Source: the human T2T-CHM13v2.0 reference genome, Homo sapiens. Taken from it: a stretch of 64,000 nt of DNA. The notes below the pieces were generated by a model. It saw only the letters and a list, made by a program, of their open reading frames with translations, was not told the DNA's origin and ran no database searches. Location of the stretch: assembly GCF_009914755.1 (NCBI RefSeq), contig NC_060926.1; one strand, 5' to 3'. Position 1 is the first letter of the stretch. Each line of letters opens with the position of its first letter. The position numbers were made by a program, and so were the translations under genes. Shown here in pieces: positions 46,216 through 58,712 of this stretch.

Positions 46216-47929
46216 CCCTCTAGGTTTGATAAATTAAAGTCAGAAAGATACAGCCAGTTGTCATTAGAGAGATAGTCTAATGGTTGTGTCAAGCTGGGTG
46301 AGAAAGTTTCTTAATATGGTTATAACAATAAAGTGTATGAAGTTGGAGAACCATTGTATTAAAGGTCTCAGTAGGCTTCAAAAGGAGAAAATGCTCTCAG
46401 TTCCCAATTTCTTCTGGAATACAGTCTAAGTTGTAGATATTTCTGTGAATAGATACTGGAATATAATTATTGAGAGAGTGTCACAGTAGTCATAAAGACG
46501 AGATTCCCATTACCATCCTAATATAATTTGATTCCAGTTTTTATTTTATATGCATGAAGTCAGTTTTCATTCATTTTGATTGTCTTCATTTCTTTGTATC
46601 TCTGCCATTAATGTGAAGGAAGGAAACAGAGATCCCTACTCTAATTCCCTCTGATTTTATCATTAATGTAGCTCTGGAAGACATTTAATGGATTAGATAG
46701 CCGGAAAAAAATGTCATTTATGTGCAACTAGTCATCAAATAATTATGCTGTCTAACTAAGATTCCACACTATACCCCCAGGACTCCCTGTTTACTAATCA
46801 ACTCAGGTAGAATATGCATTCTGGTAAATTGAACATGGTGTAATGATGTGAAGCCATACTATCTGCTATTATGTTAAATATTTAAATATTAAATTTTAAA
46901 AGCACAATTTACATGTTATTCAAACAACTATGTTTTGCATATAGCAAAGCTTTTTGAAATGTATTCATGTATTTGAAAAGAGAAAACAGATTGCGAGTAT
47001 TCAGTTAATAAATTCGTGTTTTTCACTAAATGCAAATATATATTATACCATTTTCTTATTTTCAAAACTATCTTGAAAATCTACATTTTGTAACTGGATT
47101 CTCTTGGAACCTAAGGAAACTAAGGCTTTTAAGAAAAATAAAATTATGCTAAGAAGTTTTATTGGAAGAACAAAGAATTTTATTATTATTATCTTGGACT
47201 AAAATGTTCTCATCCATTGGCTCTATAGTAACAGTAACAAGTGGAGCAAACAGTTTCATAAGTTTGGGCTAGAAAAGCCATGAATGAATAAGATTCCTGA
47301 GAGAGTTACAGGGGTTGGAAGAAAAGCTCCAGTTCAGTTTATTCCTAGAGAAAGATGACTATAATGAAACAAAATAAGAGAGAAAAAAATGCATGTAGCG
47401 TTTGTGTATATTTTGACCACGTTAATGCGCTATTTGTGATGCACTAATTTGCTGTCTAGCTCTTGTAATTAAAAAAGCAGAGGAAGTTTTTATGTTTAAT
47501 ATAAATAATTTGCTATTTTCATAGCATTTTTGCTTTGTTTGCAGTAATAAAACACACTAACCCTTCTTTTTCTAAATAATTGCACAGAATTTGCAGTCAA
47601 ATGTGTTGGCCTAAGCAATATTTTGCCATTGAAGTACATTCTCTTTCCCTTCCAACATGTTATATCACAGGGGAATGGTAGAGCTGCAGTCTTTGCAGTT
47701 TAACCAGGACAGTTTCTGTGTGGTTTCACCTTTTTTTCTGAAGATTTCTCTTGACCTGAGCTTGTTGAATAATTTTCTGTAGAAAGTGTAAGAGAGTGTG
47801 TGTGTGTGTGTGTTTGGGTACACGTGTGCTTGTGTGTGTGCCTGTGAACATGTGTGTGTTTATATTGTATTTTAAGCAATGAAAATCTAAGCATTTTCAT
47901 AGTATCATGAGTCGTTAGAGGAATGAAAA

Positions 47930-48640
47930 TCAGTATTACTTCACATCCACCAGGATGGCTACAGTAAAAAAAGATGGATAAATACAAGCATTGTTGAGGA
48001 TGTGGTGAAACTGGAACCCCTGTACAGTGCTGAAGGGAATGTAAAGGGTGTAGAAATTTGGAAAAAATTTCACAGTTACTCAGAAAGTTAAACATAAAGT
48101 CAACCATATGAGCCAGCAATTTCACTCTTATGTATATACCCCAGAGAACTGAAAACATGTTCATAAAAATTGTACATGAATGTTTATAGCAGCATTATTC
48201 ATTAGAGTCAAAAAGTGGAAACAAATGTCCATCAGCTGATGAATGGATGAATAAAATGTGGTATATTCATACAATAAAATACTATTTGACCATAAAAAGA
48301 AACAAAGTATCGATAATTGCTACAACATGGATGAACTATGAAATCATTATGCTAAGGGAAATAAGCCAAATACAAAAGGCCATGTATTGTGTGACTTCAT
48401 GTAGATGAAATGTCCAGAATGGGCAAATTCATGGGGACAGAAAGTATTAATAGATTAATTGTTGCCAGGCACTAGGTGGGAAGTGACTGACTGACTGCTA
48501 ATGGGTATGGGGTCTCTCTTTGAAGTCATGGAAATTCTAGAATTAGATATGCACAACCTTGTGAATATACTAAAAAAAAACACTGAATTGTGCTCCTTAA
48601 GATTGAATTTTATGGTATGTGAGTTATATTTCGGCTTTTA
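47930..48640 (+). mobile_element. L1MB-like 3' end
   Basis: gttgaggatgtggtgaaactggaaccc ... tgtccatcagctgatgaatggat ... gaattttatggtatgtgagttatat. Confidence 0.85.
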
Positions 48641-48656
48641 AAGATGAATGCTAAAT

Positions 48657-48786
48657 CCCATTTATACCTAGTGTTCCATTATTGGAATGCTAAGCTTGTG
48701 GGAGTTATTTATATCCTGCTGTTCAAGGTCATCGCCAAGGTCTGATTTTTCACACACAAAAAATTACAACCTCCAGCATAAATAGG
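48657..48786 (+). mobile_element. MER85 (PGBD3/piggyBac-derived MITE)
   Basis: cccatttatacctagtgttccattattggaatgctaagc ... caaggtcatcgccaaggtctgatt ... cagcataaatagg followed by TTAA. Inverted termini cccatttat / ataaatagg; ~130 bp; matches the MER85 consensus as I recall it. Confidence 0.85.
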
Positions 48787-49875
48787 TTAAGCATCTGGAA
48801 GGTCAGGTTTTAGCAAAGTACTGAGTTTGAGTGATAAGAAGCCTCTTGCCAAATGACTTGAACAAACCTAAATTTTCCCCTATTTCTTAGAACATACACT
48901 TCAAATATTCAAAACTGTTAAATGAAACTTACCAAAGGCATGAAAGTAGTGCTAATGATATAGCATTAATATATCTCAATTATATAGTGACAGACTTTTC
49001 TTGAATCTTAAAGAGGAAAAAACATACAATTTAAGAATATTTCAGTGAATAATTTTGGAATTTGTTATACTTTTAGTAATATGGAAGTCTCAATCTTCAG
49101 AACAGCATTTGATTACTCCCATTAAGACTCTGTAGTTCCTGTCTTTCTTGTGAAATTAATTTGGTTGGTAGCAGACACCAAATTGGGAATAGAATTTATA
49201 ACTGGTATATATTCTTGCAATTTAATGGTCTCAATTCTTATTGAACATTTAAATCTGGAAATTGAGATATATACTGCCTTAGTAAATGATAATGATGAAA
49301 TATTTTCTGCTTTGTAAGTAGAATTGAAAATCACTGAAATTAGTTTCTTTTCCCTTTTTACTCCTTTCTCTCCCCCTTGAGACACATTGGTTTCCCAAGT
49401 TATGAATTCAGTTTCTTTTGTTTGTTCTAGCTGCTTAGTCTTTCTTATTACATACCTGTTTAATTTTTAATTTCTCATTAAAAGTAAATATGGCTAATTT
49501 TCCTGTCAATATTTCAAGAAACCTTCCATTTCTCTCTGCCACAACCTTGATATAGTACTGTCTAGTCTGTATTATTACATAATTAAAATGCTATTTTTTG
49601 TCAAATAGTTCTGGCAAAGCAACTTATCAATACATTTTAAATGGATCAGAGATTTATTTCTATAATGTTGAGATTAACGTTATAAATACTGTTGTGGACC
49701 TAAAAATGCTAAGTGGAATAATATGTATAGTGCTATGGGAAAAGTTGTTACAATTTCAGGAAAAATACTTAAAGATGAATATGCCATAGGTATTCAGACC
49801 TTCTTAATCAGTTTCATTTATCATATAATGTAGACACATTTAAAAATACACTAATCTTGAGTCATTTGAGAAATA

Positions 49876-50230
49876 CAATTGGCCCTCCACATACATGGAT
49901 TCTGTATCCATGGATTCAGCCAACTACAGATTGAAAATTTTTGGCGGGAGTGGGGTGGGAAATGGATGATTGTGTCAGCACTGAACATGTACAGACTTTT
50001 TTTTCTTGTCATTATTCCCTAACAATACAATAAAACAACTATTTGCATAGCATTTACATTGTATTAGATATTATAAGTTACCTAGAGGTGATTTGAAGTA
50101 TATGGGAGGGTGTTCATAGGTTGTATGCAAATACTACACTGTTTTATGTAAGGGACTTGAGCATCCATCGATTTTGGTATCTGTTGGAGGTCCTGGAACC
50201 AATCTTCCATGGATACCCAGGGATGAGTGC
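49876..50230 (-). mobile_element. MER2 (Tigger family) DNA transposon
   Basis: ggccctccacatacatggattctgtatccatggattc ... gtcctggaaccaatcttccatggatacccagggatga. Confidence 0.8.
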
Positions 50231-50930
50231 ATTTACTAAGCATGGACCATATGCCAGTCACTGTGTATTTGTGGTGATCCTGTGGTAGCTCTGGGTGTTG
50301 TTGGTGATCAAAACGGAGAAGGTTATTCTTGCCCTTGGCCATTTATACTATAATCCTGGAGCTACTGATTTGGGAGCACCTGTGTGACTGGAGCATAGTG
50401 ACTGATGCAGAGACGAGCTTGAGATGAGACCATAGTGGCGGGCAGGGAACTGGTGATATAAGCATACAGTTATGGGGAAGAGTTTGGACTTATTCTTGCT
50501 GTGATGACAAGCCATCAAAGGCTTACTACTGGGGAGTCCAGCTTCAGTTTTATACAAGATTACTCTAAGCAGTGGTGGAAAATAGTTAGTGGCTATCAGA
50601 GGAGAAGCAGAGAATTCAGTTGGTTGGATTTTATGGTAATCAGGCAAGCTGTGATGGTGACCCAGACTAGAGTAGTAGCCCTAGAGCTAGAAAGAAGTAG
50701 ATTGATAAAAAAAAACTGTTTGGAAGAATTAATAAAACTTGATGGATAGGATTTGGGGGTAGCAGGGTGATAAGGTTAAGGTCAAAAGACATGTCAAGGA
50801 TCTTTCTATGTCTTTGGCTTGAACAACTGGATAGATGGAAATCCCATGTCTTGAGGTGGGGTGCATGAGAGGAGGAGCTGATTTGGAAGGGACAGTCCAG
50901 TGTTCAGCTTGGGGCATGTTGAGTCTGGTG
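50231..50930. mobile_element. L2 fragments
   Basis: gtcaaggatctttctatgtctttggcttgaacaactggatagatgg and tgttcagcttggggcatgttgagtctg, typical of L2. Confidence 0.65.
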
Positions 50931-53381
50931 GGGAGGGTGTGTTTGTAAGGTAAGGGAGCACAGGGACTGGCCTTTCTTGAACTCTGGTAACTGGCTTGTG
51001 GTCTGGATACAAGTTAGAATAATACATAAACCATTTCCAAAACCCAACAGATTTTACAGGTTTTCAGTTCACAGATAAGTTGCTATAATTGATGTTGCCT
51101 CTGTGGTCTTTCAGATAGCACAGCACTCTAAAAATTTCTATGTATTTGATGGGCATGACATTAACAATATTCATTTTATAGTCAGTGCTCACTTATTGTG
51201 ATCTGTCTTCCTTGGTGTTCCTAGAGCCGTGCCTCCCTGGCCCACAGCGTCAGGTTACAGATTTGATCTTTACATGGATCAGTTGGATTTTCTAAGTTGT
51301 CTTGTGACAGGTTGCATCCCTCACCTTGGATGGCTGACTTGGTAACTGATTAGGAAGGAAACTGCCCTAGAGTTGTTATGAACTAGGACTGATTGGTCTT
51401 TGCTACTACTTAAGACTCAAAACGTATGTTCTACCTACACTGGGACTCTAATGGCCTTTGTTTACAAAGGTGGAGCCCAAAAGACGGGCACTTCTCACAT
51501 TGGCTATGGTTATATCTCCTTTCGCATTAAGTATACATTTACTGAGAAGCCAAGCCACACAATTTTACTTCTCTTTTGATTTCCTGTGGACAATATTTTT
51601 ATTTCCTTCAACAAATAGAAGTAGGCCATTTAGAGGCTGGGAATATAAGTGTTTTGTTATTTGCTGTACCTCCAGTGCCTGGCACAGGGACTGGCATGCA
51701 TATGGCACTTGATACATGTTTATTAAATACATGAGTGAAAGAAGGAATGGCTGAATCATCATTCTGTGAGAAAGGATAATTCAGTTTTCAGAAACCAAGA
51801 CATCAGGCAAACTATATCTTCTTCTAAGATTACGTCCCTGAAACCTGAGAAATCAAAGCTGAAAAATAGAAATTTGGGCATCATCCTGATAAAAAGAATT
51901 ACAAAAATCATTAAAGTGGAAGCCCTTGAGTGTGTGCAGGAGAGAGTAGGGATAGAGGAGAAGTGAACAGCAGAGAAACGGGTTGGAAGGAGGAGTGAAG
52001 CCTCAGGAGAGCAAGGTGTCCCACAGAAGCAGGAGCAGTCAACAGTGGAGAGCTGGGAGGTGCGAAGGGATGCAGACAGAAAGACACCTTTTCATCCAGC
52101 CAGAAGTAACTCAGGAAAGTGCAATCAGAGCCTGGGACACAGTGTGAAGTAAGACTGGGAATTCTGTCCTTTTATCTATATTCTTCATTACTAATGATTG
52201 TAATTGAGGGGCAAGTTTTTCTTGAGCAAAGATGTAGTTAGTTTTGATTTTCTGCTACATAAAGCCCAGCATCATAAGACACTGTTGGCAATGATATTGA
52301 AGGGTTTATTTTGTGATTTCTTGTAAGCTGATTATTTACTGATCAATGATCAAGGCCAGTTTTTCCATTGTTCCTGTTAAAGGTAATAATGTTTGATATA
52401 TGTAACATAAATATTTCTGTGTGTGTGTGTGGGCACACGTGTGCACACATATTGATAAATTTAGGAGAATTACAAAAAAGTTACGGTAGGTAAAGAGTTG
52501 AAAGTTGACTTGAGTTCTAATGTGAAAAATATAGGCCATTTATCCAAAGTTATGTGGGAGCATTTCAGTTTAAATTTCATTAAATTCTCTAGTTCATAAG
52601 AATGCTACAGAGCTACAATAATAACAATATAGAAACGGGTTGTGCTAATACATGGGGTTTTGCCAATAATGTGTGTGTGCATGCACGTGTATGTATATGG
52701 CTAATTTTGTGTGTGTATGCATACACATATATATATACACATGCATAATTTTTTTCTGAACATTGTTTTGGTGTGATGTTGATAATAAGAATCCATATGG
52801 GGGCATAGGAGTACATTTGAGTCTTTTTAGGATGTTACCATTTGCAAAGGAATTAATTCTCACATAAGTAAGTTTACTTTATAGAAATGAAAGTAGTAGC
52901 TACTGTTTATTCTGCATCTCTTTTGTTCCAAGCATGTCACAGTAATCCTGGGAAGGAGGTTTTATGTTTCTTAAAGGGAGGAAATTGAAGTTCAGAAAGT
53001 TTAAATGATTTGCCCCAGGTCACAGAGCTAGAAGATAGGAGAATCCTGCCTTTTTTTTTTTTTTTTTTAACTCTAAAACTCATGCATTGTCCAGTGTGCA
53101 GTCCAAGTTAGAATCCTTAGGGTATTAGAGTGAGTTACCTGTTTGGTTGGGGGCCAATTAATCTCCACAGAGAAAGCAGAAACCATTAGATGAGAACTTT
53201 TTCAACATTTTGCCCCTAATAGCTACACCTGATTTTTCTTTTCTTTCTGTTAAGAGGAAAAGACTCTTCCCTCCAAGCACTTGATCCTTTTTATTTATCT
53301 CTTGCATCTTTAGTCTGTGTCTCTGCCTGCATCTCTTCCCTTACTAGCTTCTTCTCATGAGCATGAAACAGTCCCTCCCTG

Positions 53382-54106
53382 GCTTAGTCCGTTTAGGGTT
53401 GCTATAAATACCTGAGTCTGAGTAATTTATAAAGAAAAGAGGTCTATTTAGCTCACAGTTCTACTGGCTGTAAAGTTCAAGATTGAGCATCTGGTGGGGG
53501 CCTCAGGCCATTTCCATTTGCGGTGAAAGGTGAAGGGGAGCTAGCATGTGCAGAGATCATGTGATGAGAGAGGAAGCAAGGGAGTGGGGAGGTGCCAGTC
53601 TCTTTTAACAACCAGCACTGGCAGGAACTAATAAGAGTGAGAACTCACTCATCCCCTGACCCCAGGGAGGGCATTCATCTTTTCATGAGGGATATTCCCC
53701 CATGACCCAAACACCTCCCATTAGGCTCTACTTCCAATACTGGGGATCGGATTTCAACATGAGGCCGGGCCTAGTGGCTCATGCCTGTAATCCCAGCACT
53801 TTGGGAGGCTGAGGCAGACGGATCACCTGAGGTCAGGAGTTTGAGACCAGCCTGACCAACACGGTGACACCTAGTCTCTACTAAAAATAGCCGGGCATGG
53901 TGACACATGCCTGTAATCCCAGCTACTCAGGAGGCTGAGGCATAAGAATCATTTGCACCCAGGAGGTGGAGGTGGCAGTGAGCCAAGATCATGCCATTGC
54001 ACTCCAGCCTGGGCTACAGAGTGAGATTCTGGCTCTAAATAAATAAATACATTCATTCATTCATTCAACATGAGGTTTTGGAGGGACAAACACCTAAACC
54101 ACAGCA
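53382..54106 (-). mobile_element. MSTA/MSTB-like LTR interrupted by an Alu
   Basis: cttagtccgttt ... aatttataaagaaaagagg ... catgacccaaacacctcccattagg ... gagggacaaacacctaaaccacagca. Confidence 0.85.
53763..54063 (+). mobile_element. AluS element (sense), ~1.2 kb upstream of the first coding exon
   Basis: Alu dimer with (TAAA)n/(TTCA)n tail; TSD ttcaacatgagg. Confidence 0.95.
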
Positions 54107-54127
54107 CTCGCGAAAGGCAATACCTTC

Positions 54128-54520
54128 TGTATTAGTTAGTAGTTGTTGCATAACAAACCACTCCAAAGCTCAGTGAAGTAAACCAAGTACCATTTATTTA
54201 GCTCACTGTTTTGTGGGTCAGCAAATTAGGCTGGGCTCAGCGAGACTCACTTGTATACCTGTGGTCAGCTAGACAGCTTCACCTCTGGAGTAGTAGCTGA
54301 CCAGTGGCAAGGACCTTCAGGGTGACTGGAGTGTGTGCCTCTCTTTCATTACCCAGCAGGCTGGCCTAAAGTTTTCACATGTTGTTTGAGAGGGTTTCAA
54401 GAGAGAGAAGCCTATAAATCATCTTGAGGTATAGGCTGGGAGCTTATGTAGTATCCCTTCCTCCACATTCTGTTAGCCAAAGCATGTCACAGTGCCAGCC
54501 CAGGTCCAGCGGGGTGGAGA
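54128..54520 (-). mobile_element. MLT1-family LTR
   Basis: tgtattagttag ... gcataacaaaccactccaaagctcagtg ... ctgggctcagc ... ttcctccacattctgttagccaaagca. Confidence 0.7.
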
Positions 54521-55300
54521 AGCGGGCTAGTAAGCCATGGAACTTCTCATTGTCAACCCCAAATCACCCTTGAAGACCATAGTCAGATCACCACCTCAGG
54601 CTGTGTTGTGTGCCTGTGCTCTGGGTTCCCTCTCTCACTGCATTTAGAACATTATGTGGCCACTGTTGGTTTATTTCTTGGTGGAAAGTGAGCCTCTTAA
54701 AAACAAGGACTGTGTTTCAACCCAGGATTTGGCTTGTAGAGTAGGTAACGAAAAGCTGAAGTTGTTATGAAAGTAGAGTTCAGACCACTGATATCTGGCA
54801 GTGTGGAAATTGGGATTAAAGATAATGTATGCTCGTGTCTTAAAACTTGCTTGTTGATGTTTAAAAACTTTGGAGCAAACTCATTCTAACATATCAAAAT
54901 CAAATATTTCTTTGAAAAAAATGGAGGGGATAAAGAATCCTGGCCAGGATTCTGAGTAGAAATCATTTAATACTTGCACACTATCTTTGTAGGTTTTTCA
55001 TGAGGTTACATGTTTGTTTGGGAAGTGAAGTTAATTTCGTGGTGTGTTTGTCAGAGAAAAACATACCTGTCCATTAACTGATTCATTGGGATTTGGGATA
55101 ACATTTCTATTCTAGAATGTAAAATGAAGGAAGGGTGTCAGTCAGCATCCTCGATATTACTCTTGAAGATGTCGAACATAAATATTTCTGTTAGAATGAG
55201 AAGTAGCATTTGCCTCATGGGAGTTTGTCTTGAAGCGAGTATGTCTTATATATGTACTAATTCTTAATTGATGGTTTTTCACATGCATTTTGTGTTTTAG

Positions 55301-55390
55301 GTTCAGCCGTCTGTATATCTCCCCAGATACCTGAAACTGACCACCTGAGTACGTTTTCCCATTGCTGAGCTGTTTCCCTGATATCTGGCC
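55301..55390 (+). other. RHBDD1: 5'-UTR part of the first coding exon of RHBDD1
   Basis: Acceptor catttttgtgttttag|G at 55300/55301; in-frame stops (TGA 55346, TGA 55379) precede GCCATG. Confidence 0.9.
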
Positions 55391-55823
55391 ATGCAACGGA
55401 GATCAAGAGGGATAAATACTGGACTTATTCTACTCCTTTCTCAAATCTTCCATGTTGGGATCAACAATATTCCACCTGTCACCCTAGCAACTTTGGCCCT
55501 CAACATCTGGTTCTTCTTGAACCCTCAGAAGCCACTGTATAGCTCCTGCCTTAGTGTGGAGAAGTGTTACCAGCAAAAAGACTGGCAGCGTTTACTGCTC
55601 TCTCCCCTTCACCATGCTGATGATTGGCATTTGTATTTCAATATGGCATCCATGCTCTGGAAAGGAATAAATCTAGAAAGAAGACTGGGAAGTAGATGGT
55701 TTGCCTATGTTATCACCGCATTTTCTGTACTTACTGGAGTGGTATACCTGCTCTTGCAATTTGCTGTTGCCGAATTTATGGATGAACCTGACTTCAAAAG
55801 GAGCTGTGCTGTAGGTTTCTCAG
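55391..55823 (+). CDS. RHBDD1: Rhomboid-related protein 4 (RHBDL4), first coding exon, residues 1-144
   Basis: MQRRSRGINTGLILLL...PPVTLA...DWQRLLLSPLHHADDWHLYFNM...CAVGFS: rhomboid W(Q)R loop, HxxxN and GxSG motifs, Ser144 = TCA 55820-55822. Donor CAG|GTAAGG at 55823/55824 (phase 1). Confidence 0.97.
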
Positions 55824-56154
55824 GTAAGGGAGACAAAATTTTGAGGTTGCATGCATAAAGGAAGCAAGGGAGGTGTGGCTGCTGTCATTTTATGAAGTGT
55901 GGGTCCCTATCAAATTCTGAGTGGTTAAGGGCTGCTGAGGCTTTGCGTCTTGAAGAGGAGGCTGGAGCATGCAGGGACTAGTTTTTGCCATTCTACATTA
56001 TGCTGCATTATTCACTCTTAGTCTGCACTAGGACCTGCTGGAAGGTGGTTTTGTAGAAGACATAGTATTGGAAATATGCACCAGCTCCTTATGGTAGGGT
56101 CACAGAAAGACCCACAGATGTATTTGTAATAGGGAGTTCTCAAAAAAGATGACT

Positions 56155-56612
56155 GTGCTTGTGAAGTAGGCTCAGTGTGCTGTCTCTGATTACCAACTTG
56201 TCTGCACCTGGTGAGACAGAGCACACTCATCTGCAACAAGTTACATGAGGCAGATTTAGTATTTACAGTTAGGCAGCAAGGGAAAACAGGAGCCTAGGAT
56301 TCATCGTGAGCCCATCTTCAAGGCTCAAAAAGCTGCCTAGGGCTGTTGGAGTCTTCACTGTGTGTGTTCCTTGCATGCAAATAAGGAACCCCAAAGAGGC
56401 AGCCAGGTACAAACCTAGGAATCACATGAATCACTGGGCAAAGCTTTGAAAGACATCCTATTCGGGAGAGGATTAGGCTGTTTCAGCCAGCCCCCTTTTA
56501 TCTCAGGGTGTTGGATTTCCAGCACATTTCCATAGTTATTCTTGAGAACTACAAGCGAGAAAGGAGGGGGAGAACTACATAGGTCCAAGGCCACCTGGAG
56601 AACTGTCCTGCG
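56155..56612. mobile_element. LTR remnant (LTR47-like, ERVL), family uncertain
   Basis: gtaggctcagtgtgc ... ggtgagacagagcacactca ... caacaagttacatgaggcagattt resembles an ERVL LTR from memory. Confidence 0.45.
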
Positions 56613-56638
56613 ATGCCTCTGGATGACTTCGTTAATAA

Positions 56639-57065
<427 letters not shown>

Positions 57066-57881
57066 TTGATTTTATTTTACTTTTTTTATTTGTAGTTTTT
57101 TTTCTGACCACCTGCTGACTGTTGAGGGATTGTCTTGATTTTATAGATGAGGAAGCCAAGACCCAGAGAAGTGAGGTTACTAGCACAAGGTTACCCAGCT
57201 CGGAAGCGATGGAGCTGGGACTTGAGCCCAGTCTACAGATTAGCTGTGTGATGCATTGTCTCTCACTTTCTTCCTCACTAGTTCCTTTTTACAGATATTT
57301 CATGGGACCAAAATTGCCAGCAGGATTTAAATTAGGCGTTCTAAATATTAGAATGTGAAGGGGAGGAGAGAGGTAGTCCTGAAACAAGGAAATCTAATCC
57401 TTCCTTCTGCTTTTCCTGACATCCTTCCCCTTTCCTTCCAAGATGTATCCTTATGCATCTAATTGTGGGAGAAGAAAGAATATATGCCCTGTCTTCAACA
57501 TGTTTTTCCATAGAGGTTAGAAAAATACATATTACTGGTATTTTTATTGAGTTAAAATTTATATAGCATAACTATTTTGTAGTGCACAGTTCACTGGCGT
57601 TTAATACTAATAATAGTATTTTATTCACATGGTAGGTATTATGTATTTAGTAGCATACTGAACACCAATATGAACTTCTATATTTAGAAACATCAAAGGA
57701 GTGACTGCCTTTAACGTTGTCTTTTTACCAAATGCAAGGTTGTAAGGAATAGGGTATGTTTTAAAGCACAAAGTTGGATGTAATCGAATAATCATTTTCA
57801 CTTTTAATTAACTTTCTTTGTAAATGTTGATACTCCTACTTTTGGATTGTTGATATTTGCATGTTCTTCATTCTCTTTTAG

Positions 57882-58014
57882 GAGTTTTGTTTGCTTTGAA
57901 AGTTCTTAACAACCATTATTGCCCTGGAGGCTTTGTCAACATTTTGGGCTTTCCTGTACCGAACAGATTTGCTTGTTGGGTCGAACTTGTGGCTATTCAT
58001 TTATTCTCACCAGG
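57882..58014 (+). CDS. RHBDD1: RHBDL4 second coding exon, residues 145-189 (gene continues beyond the window)
   Basis: Acceptor ttcattctcttttag|GA, donor AGG|GTAAGT. Spliced frame reads GVLFALKVLNNHYCPGGFVNILGFPVPNRFACWVELVAIHLFSPG with no stop, completing GFSG. Confidence 0.96.
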
Positions 58015-58373
58015 GTAAGTGTTTTCTTTTGGGGAATACAGTTGAAGGACCTGATGTTCTGTGGAGAAAAAAATTGCAATAATAATGAGGTAACCAATTG
58101 TTTTTCACAGTGAGGTTTATTCTTTATCTATTAGGACAGAATCAAGCTTAATAGTTTTAATGTCAGATATTTCTGGGTTTGAATCTTTTCAACTATTAAG
58201 CTGTATAATTTTGGGTCACTTGTCTTAACTGAGTTGCAGATTCCTCATTTTTTTTAAGTAGGAGAACCTGCTATACTGATCTGAGGATCAATATTAACCA
58301 GCCAATCAGCTGGTTAATTCTGAAAGCAAGATTCCAAAGAAGCACATAGAAACCACGTAACTATAAAGATTAA

Positions 58374-58712
<339 letters not shown>

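Noticed and set aside
52418-52746. Alternating GT/AC/AT tracts (Z-DNA or hairpin potential), also at 47796-47860
   Set aside because: Ordinary decayed dinucleotide microsatellites.
57919-58113. 64-aa ORF MPWRLCQHF...
   Set aside because: Wrong frame over the true RHBDD1 exon, running into the intron.
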